Shown here one piece after another: positions 37,685 through 50,630 of a stretch of 64,000 nucleotides of DNA (its first letter is position 1; each line of letters begins with the position of its first letter). Under the pieces are notes generated by a model. The model made no database searches, was not told where the DNA came from, and worked only from the letters and a program-made list of their open reading frames with translations. Position numbers and translations under genes: made by a program. The stretch comes from Mobula hypostoma (taxonomy: Eukaryota), in assembly GCF_963921235.1 (NCBI RefSeq), contig NC_086097.1, positions 208,942,001 through 209,006,000 of the forward strand. The letters run 5' to 3'.

Positions 37685-39330
37685 AACTACAGCTCAGCAT
37701 TCAACACTACGATCCCCTCAAAACTAATCAATAATCTCCAAAATCTAGGCCTTGGTAACTCCATGTGGAACTGGATCCTTGATTTCTTCAGTTGCAGCCC
37801 CCAGTCAGTTCGGATTAGCAACAACATCTCCACAATCACCATGACCACAGGTGCACCAGAAAGCTGTGTGCTTAGCCCCCTGCACTACTAAGTTTATGCT
37901 TATCATTGTGAGGCCATGCACAGCTCCAAAGCCATACTCAAGTTCAAAAATGATTGCCTTCCTCAAGCAGTAAGGCTGATCAACACCTCCACCCATAACC
38001 CACCCCTCCACACTCCCAACCACCATAACTTTAGCATTTCCTGTCAATCACCTTATGTAGAGACACTCCTGTGCCAAGTGTCACTTTATGGACATATAAT
38101 CCATCTATGTATATAAGCTATTTTTCCTGTTTAATATTTATTGTGGTTCTTTTATTATTATTATATTCATTATCTTACTGATTTTTTTGTGCTGTATCAG
38201 ATCTGAAGCAACAATTATTTTGCTCCCCTTTACATTTGCGTCCTAGAAATAATATTAAACAATCTTCAATCTTAAATTTTGTCACCAATGTCTTTGGCCG
38301 AAACAAAGGTAGTGATGAGTTGGCATATAAGAAAGAGATTGAAAATGGGGTTGAATGGTGCCACAATAACAATATCGCACTCAATATCAGAAAAACTAAA
38401 GAGCTGATTATTGACTTCAGGAGGAAGAAACCAGAGGTCCATGAGCCAGTCCTCATTAGGGGATAGGAGGTGGAGAGGGTCAGTAGCTTCAAATTCCTTG
38501 GTGTCATCATTTCAGAGGATCTGTCCTGGAACCAGCATGTACATTTCACTACAAAAAAGGCACAACAGTGCATCACAAACAACAGGAATTCTGCAGATGC
38601 TGGAAGTTCAAGCAACACACCAGAAGCCAACATAATCACATTCTGAGTCTTAAGGGATTTATTCTCAAACGTTCATCAAATCTCTAGACAGCTCTCTGCG
38701 AAATTAAAAGTTCAAAGTTTATTATCAAAGTACATATATGTCATGATATAATACTCTGAGATCCACTTTCTTGCAGGCATTCAGAGTAGAACAAAGAAAG
38801 ACAATAGATTAAATGAAAATCTACACACAACGACTGACAAATGACCAACGTGCAAAAGAAGATAAACAGTGAATACAAAAAGTAATAATAACTACATATA
38901 TAAATAATACCAAGTCCCTGAGAATGAGTCTGCAGGTAATAGAATCAGTTCAGTGTTCAGGTCAGTGAAATTATCCACGTTGGTTCAGGAGCCTGATAGT
39001 TGAAGGGTACAACTATCTCCAACCTCGTTTGTGGAAACCTAAGGCTCTTGAACCTCCTTTCCGATGGCAGCAGTGAAAAGAGAACATGGCCTGGATGCAG
39101 GGGGCCCTTGATGGGTGGATATAGTTTTCATGTGGCAGTGCTGCTTGTAGATGAGCTTAGTGGTGGGGAGGGCTTTTCCTGTGATGGACTGAGCTGTATC
39201 CACTATCCTTATAGCTTTTTGTTCTTGGGCTTTGGTGTTTCCACACCAGGCTATAATCCAGCAAGCAAGGATACTCTCCACTGTGCATCTATAGTATTTC
39301 GTCAAAATTTTGGATGACATGCTTGAATCT
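37685..39330. mobile_element. Rex1/Babar LINE cluster, partly inverted
   Basis: Plus-strand YSSAFNTTIPSKL..TGAPESCVLSPL and NIRKTKELIIDFRR up to 38572. The continuation MSSKILTKYYRCTVESIL lies on the minus strand at about 38705-39330. Confidence 0.8.
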
Positions 39331-39671
39331 GGGTTGCATTATATCATGTATTATATCATGACATATATGTATTTTGATAATAAACTTTGAACTTTTAATT
39401 TCGCAGAGAGCTGCCTAGAGATTTGATGAACATTTGAGAATAAATCCCTTAAGACTCGGAATGTGACTATGTTGGCTTCTGGTTTGAATCAAACCACCTC
39501 AGATACTCAAGTATTCAGAATTCCTGTTTGTATTTATGTGAATGAGATGATAGGCTTCCCCAACATAATGATAGTATTTATCAGGCAACATTCAATTGCC
39601 ACACTGAGCCTCACTCAAATTTTCTATGAGCTAAATTCCACTTGCAATAGGCATATAAGGAGTTGATTATA

Positions 39672-40456
39672 TTCAGAAAGGCAACAATTATACCATTTCT
39701 TAAGAAGAATAATATGAGTTGCCTGAATGACAATTGCCCGGGAGCACTCACATCTACAGTGATGAAATGCTTTGAGAGGTTGGTCATGACTAGACTGAAC
39801 TCCTGCCTCAGCAAGGACCTGGACTCATTGCTATTTGCCTATCGCCACAATAGGTCAATGACAGACACAATCTCAATGGCTCTCCACATGGCTTTAGACC
39901 ACCTGGACAATGTGAACACCTAAGTCAGGATGCTGTTCATCGACTATAGCTCAGCAATTAATATCATCATTCCCACAATCCTGATTGAGAAGTTACCGAA
40001 CCTGGGGCTCTGTACCTCCCTCTGTAATTGAATCCTCGACTTCCTAACTGGAAGACCACAACCTGTGCGGATTGGTGATAGTATCTCCTCCTCGCTGATG
40101 ATCAACACTTGTGCACCTCAGGGGAGTGTGTTTAGCCCACTGCTCTACTCTCTCTATACACATGACTATGTGGCTAGACATAGCTAAAACAACATTTATA
40201 AATTTGCTGACGATACCACCATTGTTGGTAGAATCTCAGGTGGTGACGAGAGGGCGTACAGGAGTGAGATATGCCAGCTAGTGGAGTGGTGTCGCAGCAA
40301 TAACCTAGCACTCAACATCAGTAAGATGAAAGAGCTGATTGTGTACTTCTGGAAGGGTAAGACGCAGGAACACATACTAATCCTCATAGAGGGATCAGAA
40401 GTGGAGGCAGTGAGCAGTTTCAAGTTCCTGGGTTTCAAGAACTCTGAGGATCTAAA
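39672..40456 (+). mobile_element. Rex1/Babar LINE RT fragment (same subfamily as 4272-5384)
   Basis: ALTSTVMKCFERLV..FAYRHNRS..KFADDTTIVG; nearly colinear with 4272-4975. Confidence 0.85.
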
Positions 40457-41677
40457 ATGTCATTAGAAATGCGGATGGTGCCGGAGGATTGGCGTATTGC
40501 TCATGTGGTTCTATTGTTTAAAAAGGGTTCTAAGAGTAAACCTGGCAATTATCGGCCTGTGAGTTTGACGTCAGTGGTGGGTAAATTGATGGAAAGTATT
40601 CTTAGAGATGGTATATGTAATTATCTGGATAGACAGGGTCCGATTAGGAACAGTCAACATGGATTTGTGCGTGGAAGGTCATGTTTGACAAATCTTATTG
40701 AATTTTTTGATGAGGTTACCAAGAAAGTTGATGAGGGTAAAACGGTGGATGTTGTCTATATAGACTTCAGTAAGGCCTCTGACAAAGTTCCACACAGAAG
40801 GTTGGTTAGGAAGGTTCAATTGTTAGGTATTAATATGGAAGTAGTAAAATGGATTCAGAAGTGGCTAGATGGGAGACGCCAGAGAATAGTGGTGGATAAC
40901 TGTGTGTCAGATTGGAGGACGGTGTGTAGCGGTGTGCCTCAGGGATCTGTACTGGGTCCAATGCTGTTTGTAATATATGTTAATGATCTGGATGATGGGG
41001 TGGTAAATTGGTTTAGTAAGTATGCAGATGATACTAAGATAGGTGGCATTGTGGATAGTGAAGTAGGTTTTCAAAACTTGCAGAGAGATTTAGGCCAGTT
41101 AGAAGAGTAGGCTGAAAGATGGCAAATGGCTTTTAATGCAGAAAAATGTGAGGTGCTACATTTTGGTAGAACTAATCAAAATAGGGCATACATGGTAAAT
41201 GGTAGGGCATTGAAGAATGCTGTAGTACAGATGGATCTAGGAATAATGGTGCATAGTTCCCTGAAGGTGGAATCTCATGTGGATAGGGTGGTGAAGAAAG
41301 CTTTTGGTTTGCTGGCCTTTATTAATAAGAGCATTGAGTATAGGAGTTGGGATGTAATGTTGAATTTGTATAAGGCATCGGTAAGGCCAAATCTGGAGTA
41401 TTGTGTACAGTTTTGGTCACCGAATTATAGGAAAGATGTCAATAAAATTGAGAAAGTACAGAGGAGGTTTACTAAAATGGTTCTGGGTTTCATCTCCTAA
41501 CTTACAGAGAAAGATTGAACAAGTTAGGTCTTTACTCTCTGGAGCGTAGAAGGTTGAGGGGGGACTTGATAGTGGTGTTTAAAATTATGAGGGGGATTGA
41601 TAGAGTTGACGTGGTTAGACTTTTTCCATTGAGAGTGGGGAAAATTCAAACAAGAGGACATGGGTTGAGAGTTAGAG
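40457..41677 (+). mobile_element. CR1 LINE RT fragment
   Basis: [76 protein letters not shown], with few disruptions. Confidence 0.92.
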
Positions 41678-42700
41678 CAGCGGTTCCCAACCAAAAAGCA
41701 TGCGCTACCTGGCCGTGAAGAAACGATATGATATGAGTCAGCTGCACCTTTCCTCATTTCTAGTCACGGTCACTGTTGAGCCATTATGCATGCGAGGTCA
41801 TTATCCGCGCGTTATCTGTGTCAGCGCGGGAAGGAGATCAACTCCTCGAGCTTGCAAATGACGGCGGGCTGAAAAGTATGTTTGACATAACATCTCTGCC
41901 GGCATTCTGGATCAAAGTCAAGGCTAAATATCCTGAGATAGCCACAAAAGCACCGAAAATGTTGCTTCCAACATATTTCTGCGAAGCGGAGTTTTCTGCA
42001 ATGAATGCAACGAAAACTAAACTGAGGAATAGACTGGACATATGGAACCCCCTTTGAGTATAGCTGTCTCCCATCACCCCTCAATAGGACCGTGTTGTTG
42101 CAGGAAAACAAGCCCAGGGCTCCCACTGATTCAGCGATATTGGTGTGTTGCAATGATTTTATATGTTCATACGGGGAAAATATGCACTATGTGTTTAATA
42201 TCCTAACGTTACTTAAAATGTTATGATGCTATTGACTTATATAACCATATAACAATTACAGCATGGAAACAGGCTATCTCTGCCCTTCTAGTTCGTGCTG
42301 AACGCTACTCTCACCTAATCCCACCAACCTGCGCTCAGCCCATAACCCTCCATTCCTTTCTTGTCCATATACCTATCCAATTTTTCTTTAAATGATAATA
42401 TCGAACCTGCCTCTACCACTTCTACTGGAAGTTCGTTCAACACTTACTTCAAGCTCCCCTGTCCTCCCCTGATAATTGACTTATCACTGTATTCATGCGA
42501 GGAAAATATGCGCTGTGTGTTTAATATTAAATTCGTTAGATAAACCTTTTTAGAAATGAAACTGAGTGTATTAGCCACTTATCACCTATATTCCGGTTGT
42601 GATTAACACCTCCCCCCACCCCCCCAACTGAACAGAATCGCCAGAAACAATTTGCAGGGAAAAAAAATCGGCAGGCGCATGCATACGCAGGTTACGCATG
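41678..42700 (+). mobile_element. Non-autonomous hAT (Buster/Charlie-type) DNA transposon, one end missing
   Basis: Terminus CAGCGGTTCCCAACC at 41678, preceded by AGTTAGAG (NNNTANNN target pattern). C-terminal dimerization-domain remnant SLPAFWIKVKAKYPEIA..PTYFCEAEFSAM..TKTKLRNRLD. Confidence 0.8.
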
Positions 42701-43423
42701 CTAAGTCAACAAATTTCACATCACATGCAAGTGATAATAAACCTGATTTTGATTCTGATATGCCAGTGAGAGGGCTTTCATGTTTCTGAGCAATTGATCT
42801 CACTATGTTTGCTTAATACTTGATGTTAGTTGGAGAGTCAAGGTCAATTTTTCAGCAAAGGTCTCAGAACTGCATTATGTGGTGATTAATGTCCAAACTC
42901 GGGCAGATGAGACTCATCAACTTATCAGCCGTGATTGGCAGCTCACCTAGGGAAAGGAAAACTCTGATCTCAAGCCTCCACTGCCTTGCAGCTATACCCA
43001 CTCATGGGGAAGGCTTTGGGAGTAAACTCCGAGGAAAAATCTGGAGCTAGATTTTCCAAGGCAGTCCTATGTTGAGTTCAATGCTGACTGGTAACTTCTG
43101 TGACACTGCTGGTGCCAAATTGTATGAGTCTCTGCAATTCCTTTGGATTCATCAGCTGTGTGCAAACAATCAGATTCAGATTCAGAATCAGGTTTATTAT
43201 CGCTGGCATGTGTCATGAAATCTGTCAGCTTAGCAGCAGCAGTACATTGCTGAAAGGGGGAGCTTGCTACATGGGCAACCACTTGCTCTCCATATTGTAC
43301 TGCCCAGGCTTGCGTATCACATAGGCAGCACAACATCCATGGCGAGTCTGACCAATGGAGGGCCTCACTTTCTAAATCTTCCTACTTAATCCACTTTGTG
43401 TAAGTGCTAGTATTACATAATCT

Positions 43424-43999
43424 AAACAACAGGAATTCTGCAGATGCTGGAAATTCAAGCAACATACATCAAAGTTGCTGGTGAACGCAGCAGGCCAAGC
43501 AGCATCTATAGGAAGAGGTGCAGTCGACGTTTCAGGCCGAGACCCTTCGTCAGGACTAACTGAAGGAAGAGTGAGTAAGGGATTTGAAAGTTGGAGGGGG
43601 AGGGGGAGATCCAAAATGATAGGAGAAGACAGGAGGGGGAGGGATAGAGCCGAGAGCTGGACAGGTGATAGGCAAAAGGGGATACGAGAGGATCATGGGA
43701 CAGGAGGTCCGGGAAGAAAGACAAGGGGGGGGGGTGACCCAGAGGATGGGCAAGAGGTATATTCAGAGGGACAGAGGGAGAAAAAGGAGAGTGAGAGAAA
43801 GAATGTGTGCATAAAAATGAGTAACAGATGGGGTACGAGAGGGAGGTGGGGCCTTAGCGGAAGTTAGAGAAGTCGATGTTCATGCCATCAGGTTGGAGGC
43901 TACCCAGACAGAATATAAGGTGTTGTTCCTCCAACCTGAGTGTGGCTTCATCTCCACAGTAGAGGAGGCCGTGGACAGACATGTCAGAATGGGAATGGG
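43424..43999 (-). mobile_element. Penelope-like element 3' fragment (same subfamily as 58573-60201)
   Basis: Nearly identical to about 58573-59147. 12-bp TSD ATTACATAATCT at 43412-43423 and 44000-44011. Confidence 0.9.
43522..43557 (-). ncRNA. Minimal type I hammerhead ribozyme motif
   Basis: Minus strand AGTCCTGACGAAGGGTCTCGGCCTGAAACGTCGACT, with intact core. Confidence 0.75.
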
Positions 44000-44099
44000 A
44001 TTACATAATCTCATGCTCTTTTTGAAACAGTGGCTAGAACAATTTAAACTTCAGATTCTAGGATCAGTCACCACATTGGAATCAATCTAAAAAATAAAC

Positions 44100-44400
44100 T
44101 TGGAGCTGTTACCTCACAGAGACTGAACCTCAGCTTCAATCCTGATCTCAGGTGTTGTCTGTGTGCAATTTGCGTTTTCTTCCTGTGATTGCAGGGATTT
44201 CCTCTGAGTATTTCAGTTTCCCCTCACATCCTAATGGCACTCTACTTGATATTTGGCAACTGTACTTTGCCCCTAGTGCGTAGGTGAGTGGTAGAATATG
44301 GGCATATTAATGAGAATGTAGGGGAAATTTAAAAATGTGTTTATAAGAGGATGATGTAAATGTCTGGTTGTTGGCTAGTGCAGACTTTGTGAGCTTTGCT
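44100..44400 (+). mobile_element. Decayed HE1/V-SINE-like SINE
   Basis: Degenerate V-domain (TTTTCTTCCTGTGATTGCAGGGATTTCCTCTGAGT..TTTCCCCTCACATCC). Confidence 0.6.
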
Positions 44401-45876
44401 GCCTATTTCCTACCTGTACCATTTTTATGCATCTGCAAGTTTGAGGCCATTGAGTATAAATATAGCATAGAACATAGCATAGTACAGCACAGTACAGGCC
44501 CTTCGGCCCACATTGTTGTGCTGACCCTCAAACCCTGCATCCCATATAACCCCCCCCCCACCTTAAGTTCCTCCGTATACCTGTCTGGTAGTCTCTTAAA
44601 TTTCACTAGTGTATCTGTCTTCACCACTGACTCAGGCAGTGTATTCCACTCACCAACCACTCTCTGAGTAAAAAACCTTCCTCTAATATCCCCCTTGAAC
44701 TTCCCACCCCTTACCTTGAAGCCATGTCCTCTTGTATTGAGCAGTGGTGCCCTGGGGAAGAGGCACTGGCTATCCATTCTATCTATTCCACTTAATACTT
44801 TGTATACCTCTATCATGTCTCCTCTCATCCTCCTCCTCTCCAAAGAGTATAAAGCCATAAGACCGTAAGACCATAAGACAAAGGAGCAGAAGTAGGCCAT
44901 TCGGCCCATCGAGTCTGCTCTGCCATTTTTATCATGAGCTGATCCATTTTCTCCTATTTAGTCCCACTGCCCCGCCTTTTCACCATAACCTTTGATGCCC
45001 TGGCTACTCAGATACCTATCAATCTCTGCCTTAAATACACCCAATGACTTGGACTCCACTGCTGCCCGTGGCAACAAATTCCATAGATTCACCACCCTCT
45101 GACTAAAAAAATTTCTTCGCATTTCTGTTCTGAAAGGGCGCCCTTCAATCCTTAAGTCATGCCCTCTCGTACTAGACTCCCCCATCATGGGAAACAACTT
45201 TGCCACATCCACTCTGTCCATGCCTTTTAACATTCGAAATGTTTCTATGAGGTCTCCCCTCATTCTTCTAAACTCCAAGGAATACAGTCCAAGAGCGGAC
45301 AAACGTTCCTCATATGTTAACCCTCTCATTCCCGGAATCATTCTAGTGAATCTTCTCTGTACCCTCTCCAATGTCAGCACATCCTTTCTTAAATAAGTAG
45401 ACCAAAACTGCCCACAGTACTCCAAGTGAGGTCTCACCAGCGTCTTATAGAGCCTCAACATCACATCCCTGCTCCTATACTCTATTCCTCTAGAAATAAA
45501 TGCCAACATTGCATTCGCCTTCTTCACTACTGACTCAACCTGGAGGTTAACTTTAAGGGTATCCTGTACGAGGACTCCCAATTCCCGTTGCATCTCAGAA
45601 CTTTGAATTCTTTCCCCATTTAAATAATAGTCTGCCCATTTATTTTTTCTGCCAAAGTGCATAACCATACACTTTCCAACATTGTACTTCATTTGCCACT
45701 TCTCTGCCCATTCTTCCAATTTAGCTCCTAGTTCCTTTAATCTCTGATCCTATTGCACACTCTCTAAACCAGGCAGCATCCTGGTAAATCTCCTCTGTAC
45801 CCTTTCCAATGCTTCCACACCCTTCCTATAGTGAGGTGACCAGAACTGGACACAGTACTCCAGGTGTGGCCTAATC

Positions 45877-46594
45877 CAGACATCCCACCCTGCAAAAACT
45901 CATTTCAGGGAGGAAGCACCATCAATTTGCGGGAGACTTCCGGGAGAGATGGGATGTCTGCAATAGAGTAGCTCCTTAGCAGCTGGCCAGCTAGTTTAAA
46001 TAACTTCAGCTATGCTAATGAACGAATGACACTTGTTAAACTCACCTCAACACATCTTTTACAGGCTTGACCCACCATGGGCAATAGAAAAGTCACTGTT
46101 GCAAACAGTGCGGCGAGCAACACTGTCACAATTTTGACCCCTATTAGGCAGGGGTACACTTTAGTGTAGTCTGGGGTGATGTACATTTTATATTTGTTTT
46201 GGAACACTCTGCCATGACACGCTCTCACTCGCGCTCTCTCTCTCCCCTGTGGCCGCTCAAGCGCTCTCGCTTGCTTTCTCTCTTGCTCACTCTCTCTCGC
46301 TCTCTCGCTCACGCGCTCTCGCTTGCTTTCTCTCTTGCTCGCTTGCGCTCTCGCTCGCGTGCTTTCGCTTGCTTTCTCGCTCGCTCGCTCTTTCTCGCAC
46401 GCTCTCTCTCGCTTGCTTGCTCTCACTCTCTCTCGTGCGCGCGCTCTCTCTCGTGGTTGCTCTCGCTCTGTCTCTTGCTTTCTCTCGCTCGCTCTCAAAA
46501 AGATTGATTTCCGTGATACTATATATAATTTGCGGACATCAGGGAGTTAATATGCGGGAGACTCCTGGAACTTCCTGGAGAGGAGGGATGTCTG
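45877..46594. mobile_element. Non-autonomous TIR element (hAT-like MITE) with internal CT/CG low-complexity tract
   Basis: TIRs CAGACATCCC..GGGATGTCTG and subterminal CGGGAGA motifs. It interrupts CR1 sequence with an apparent 6-bp TSD CTAATC/CTAACC. Confidence 0.75.
46218..46496. repeat. (CT)/(CG)-rich low-complexity tract
   Basis: CTCTCGCTTG-like degenerate repeats; source of the spurious ORFs at 46010-46668. Confidence 0.85.
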
Positions 46595-49500
46595 CTAACC
46601 AGAGTTTTATAGAGCTGCATCGTTACCTTGCGACTCTTAAACTCTATCCCTCAACTTATGAAAGCTAACACTCCATAAGTTTTCTTAACTACCCTATCTA
46701 CCTGTGAGGCAACTTTCAGGGATCTGTGGACATGTACCCCAGATCCCTCTGCTCCTCCATACTACCAAGTATCCTGCCATTTACTTTCTATGCAGCGAGA
46801 TAAGTTGCATACTGTATATCTAATCAAACTCTATTTTCATATAATTACTGCACTTGCTAAAGTCAAAGATCCAAATCCCTTAGTGATCTTACGTTATTTC
46901 ACATTTAGTCATATTTTGGAATAATTGAATAATTTACATGTGTTCTAAGGTCACAAACTTTTCAATCTTTGTGTGTTCCGGCATGAGAAAATATGAGGGT
47001 AACACTCAAAGTAGTCTTACTTCACATTCTATTCAAGAGGAGTATTTGTTTTTCCAGATCTAATGAAAATAAAACAGGATGATCTAATGTCGTACTTTTA
47101 TTTAAGAAGGGCATTAATCAAATATAGTAAGCACAGATTTGTTTAAAAGGAAATCCTATCTGACAAATTTGATTGAAAATTTTGGAGTCAAAATGTATTG
47201 ATGGGGCAGTGCCATTGAAGTAGCCTACAGTAAGGCATTTGCCAACTGAAAATCTATGGCTTCACCTTATCCATTGTGAGAAAAGCATCATTCTTTTCCA
47301 GTAACTTTGTTCTCACCCGTTTCTTCAGGGACAGAACAAAGATAGTGTTCCACTGGCCTTCACCTCCTACCCCATGAGTCTCTGCATTCTGCAGAGAATT
47401 TTGCCGAATTTCTGCCACCTTCATAGAAATTCCACCACCAGATGCAGCTTCCCCTCTACATTCCAGAGATTCCCTGCTCCACCCTTCCCTTCCCACCAAC
47501 TACATTCCCTTCACGTGGCATATTTCCTTGCAACCACAGGTAATGCAACACCTGTCCTTTCACCTGTTCCCTTTCCACCATCCAGGGGTTCAACAGTCAT
47601 TCCAGTGAAGCACCAATTCACTTGTACCTCTTCCAACTGGAAATGGAATTAGAATTGTCACAGGTACTAAGGTACAGTAAAAAGATTGGTCTCACATACT
47701 CTTTATACAGATCAACTCACAGTACATTGAGATAGTACAATGTAAAAGAATAATAGAATGCAGAATAAAGAGTGATTGCTACAGAAAAATGCAGTGCAGG
47801 TGGCAGATAAGGTGCAAAGTCATAACAAGGTAGATTATGAGGTCAAGAGTCCATCTTATCACATTAAGGAACCATTCAGCAGTCCTATAACAGTGGAATA
47901 GAAGTTGTCCTTAGCTTGGCAGTACGTGCATTCAAGCTTTTATATTGTCTGCCCAATGGGAGACAAAAGCATCTGGTTTACTGCATTTGACATATCCAAT
48001 GCAGACCATTGCAGATGATCACTCTGCAGTGTTTTCACAGGGTGACCCTGGGCTTCCCATTGTCTGCTTCTATAATTTTCTACCCTGCTCTCACTCTGAC
48101 TTATTAGTCTGGGATCTCCTGTACTGCCACCCTCTCTGTAGATTTATAAGCTTCTTTTGGCTCCTTTCAGTTTCAACAAAGAGTCTCTGACCTGAACCAT
48201 AGGCTCTGCTTTTCTTCCCACAAATGTGGTCTGACCAGCTGAGTATTTGCAACATTTTCAATTTTTGTTATATGCATTTGACGACATCCATTACAGGATC
48301 CAGGGCAAGTTGTCTAAATTTGGTATTAGAAAATAAGGATTGATGGTGGATGATTGATTCTGTGATCAGAACTCTAAGGCCAGTGGTATAACACACGGTT
48401 TGAAGCTGCGGTTTTAGTCTTCTTAAAGCAGGTGGGAACATCAGATTGAAGCTTTGAGAAGAACTTACGTTGTTGCTTCAGGAAAATGTTCTGCAGATCC
48501 TGGAAGTCTGGAAAATAACAAAAAACGTTGAAAAGTTTTGGCGGAAAATGGAAAAAACTTCCATTGAAAACTTATCAACCTGAAACATTAACTGCATTTC
48601 TTTCTTCAAAAAATGCCGCTTGATTTGCTCAATATAAGCAGAATGTTCTGCTTTTTCATGATTATGATTTCAACATGAGTTAAAGGAAAACAAAATGAAA
48701 GCATTTATTACATGCAAACAAGTGTTACACTCCAACAGCAATGAATAAAACTTATAGAACTCTGATGCATTGAATAATGATTATATTTTATACTTTATTG
48801 TCGCCAAACAATTGATACTACAACGTACGATCATCACAGCAATATTTGATTCTGCACTTCCCACTCCCTGGAGTTCAGATCAATAGTAAGTATTAAAAAT
48901 TTAAATTATAAATCATAAATAGAAAATAGAAAATGGAAAGTAAGGTAGTGCAAAAAAAACGAGAGGCAGGTCCGGATTAATCTAAATTCTGATTTTTTTT
49001 TGCTGTTTTGATCTATAGCAACACCTTAAAAACATTAATCAGTATTTTTTTCCATAGGTTGCTTATCAGAAGAGAAACTTGTTTTATGTCTACTGTTTTG
49101 AGCTGTCAGGGGAATATAGTAATTGTTCGCTGGAAAGGAGGTTGCTGCAGTTACCCACAGAGAGTATGTTTAGGAGCCACTGAACTTGGTTCCTTTCCAA
49201 GGTATTGTGCAATTATTTCACAGTGTCTAATTTACTTAAAGCTTCTTGTTATTGCAGTTTAAAGCTTCAATTTATCCCACATACATCCTGTTTAAAACCG
49301 CTTTTTTTCTTTGTTGAACAATGACAAAGTATTATATATAATTATGGTTTTTACAGATGGAAGTTGCATATTGAATATGTACTGATTTTGATATGGTGCG
49401 GATTTGCAGAAATGTATGTTCTGCTGGTCTGAATTGAGCTGAAGATAATGATCAGAATATTAAAGAGAACTCTGGCTGAGGAATAAGAACATTTTTTATT

Positions 49501-49929
49501 TTTATTACATTGAATTCATGCCGCAGAAACTAGTCATGCAGCTCAACTGAACTATTCTCATGCTTATTGACCACTTGAATCTCCACACTAATTTAATTCA
49601 CCATTCCCTATTATTACATTCTTCTGTTGCTTTTTTCTCTCAAGTAGCTCTCCAGGTTCCCCTTAACTGTGTGACACTACTAGCCCCAACCGTTTTGTGT
49701 TACAGCATGTTCCACATTGTCTCCATTCTCCAGTGGCTGCTAATTATCAGCCTGAAATTAATGCTGCCATAGAATATGAGTCCTTAAGCTTGTTGGTTGA
49801 ACTTGAAATTTCACTTCATCTCTCCACTCCTGTAGAACATTCTACCTATGGGAATCTGTATTCCCTCTCTCTGTGCCCCCCCCCACCCCATTGCCCCCAG
49901 TATTTCTATTTTCCTGTAAAACAAATGAA

Positions 49930-50066
49930 GATGGGGAGGGGGAGGGAGGGGGAGAGGGGAGAGGGAGAGGAAATGAGAGAGAGTGAGGGAGAGAGAAGGA
50001 GAGGGAAAGTGTGTATGTGTGAGAGAGAGAGAGACAGACAGACAGACAAACAGTGAGAGAGAGACT
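49930..50066. repeat. Purine-rich (GA)n/(GACA)n microsatellite
   Basis: Direct inspection. Confidence 0.85.
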
Positions 50067-50210
50067 GCTTACGTTCTATGTTCTACTTCAAATGAAGATT
50101 TGAAGATTTGTAAGTATTTCACTATCAGAACTCTTTTTTCTGCCCTCCAATACATGTTTGCCACCTTTCCATCTCTACATCCTGTTTTCAAATATATCAA
50201 GAAGGTTCAT

Positions 50211-50630
50211 AATAACTTCAGACTTTCTGCATTATCACTCAAAGAGTTGAACTGCACGTGTATGTAACGAGAGCGTCTTGGACCTCCTGGTGGTCCACAG
50301 CAGGGGTGATTGATAAGTTCGTGGCCTAAGGTAGAAGGGGATGAGTTATACAGCTCTCATTATACGCACATGCCATCCAGCTCTTTGAGTGAAAATACAG
50401 AAAGTTTGAAGTTAATAACTCATCTCCTTCTACCTTAGGCCATGAAATTATCAATCACCCCTGCTGTGGACCACTTCTGGAGGTCCAAGATGCCGACTTC
50501 GACGAAGAAGGGATCCATATACTCCACGACTGCTGGACTAAGTGTGTAAATGTAGGGAAATATATGTGCTAGATTTTCTAAAATTGACTCCTTCTACCTT
50601 AGGCCACGAACTTATCAATCACTCCTCGTA
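50211..50630. mobile_element. Rearranged mariner-derived non-autonomous element
   Basis: Right end CCTTAGGCCACGAACTTATCAATCACTCCTCG+TA. C-terminal transposase remnant DFDEEGIHILHDCWTKCVNVG (about 50495-50557). Multiple internal inverted repeats. Confidence 0.8.

Larger units (their letters stand above)
44460..46790 (-). mobile_element. CR1 LINE 3' region containing a younger CR1 (about 44855-45720) and a MITE
   Basis: Minus-strand ORF 44958-45719 (WAEKWQMKYNVGKC..RPHLEYCGQFWS..RGHDLRI..FFSQRVVNLWN) with a (CCATAAGA)n tail, flanked by another CR1 copy. Confidence 0.9.

Noticed and set aside
41776..42057. Domesticated ZBED/SCAND-like host gene
   Set aside because: Only a short, internally deleted C-terminal hAT fragment next to a transposon terminus and nested in a LINE.
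42880..43370. Possible RTE-type 5' UTR or SINE fragment (GGAAAACTCTGATCTCAAGCC)
   Set aside because: It looks repeat-derived, but I cannot assign family or boundaries reliably, and I could not fold an HDV-like ribozyme by eye.
46010..46668. Arg/Glu/Ala-rich and Leu/Ser-rich ORFs
   Set aside because: Translations of a CT/CG low-complexity tract inside a MITE.
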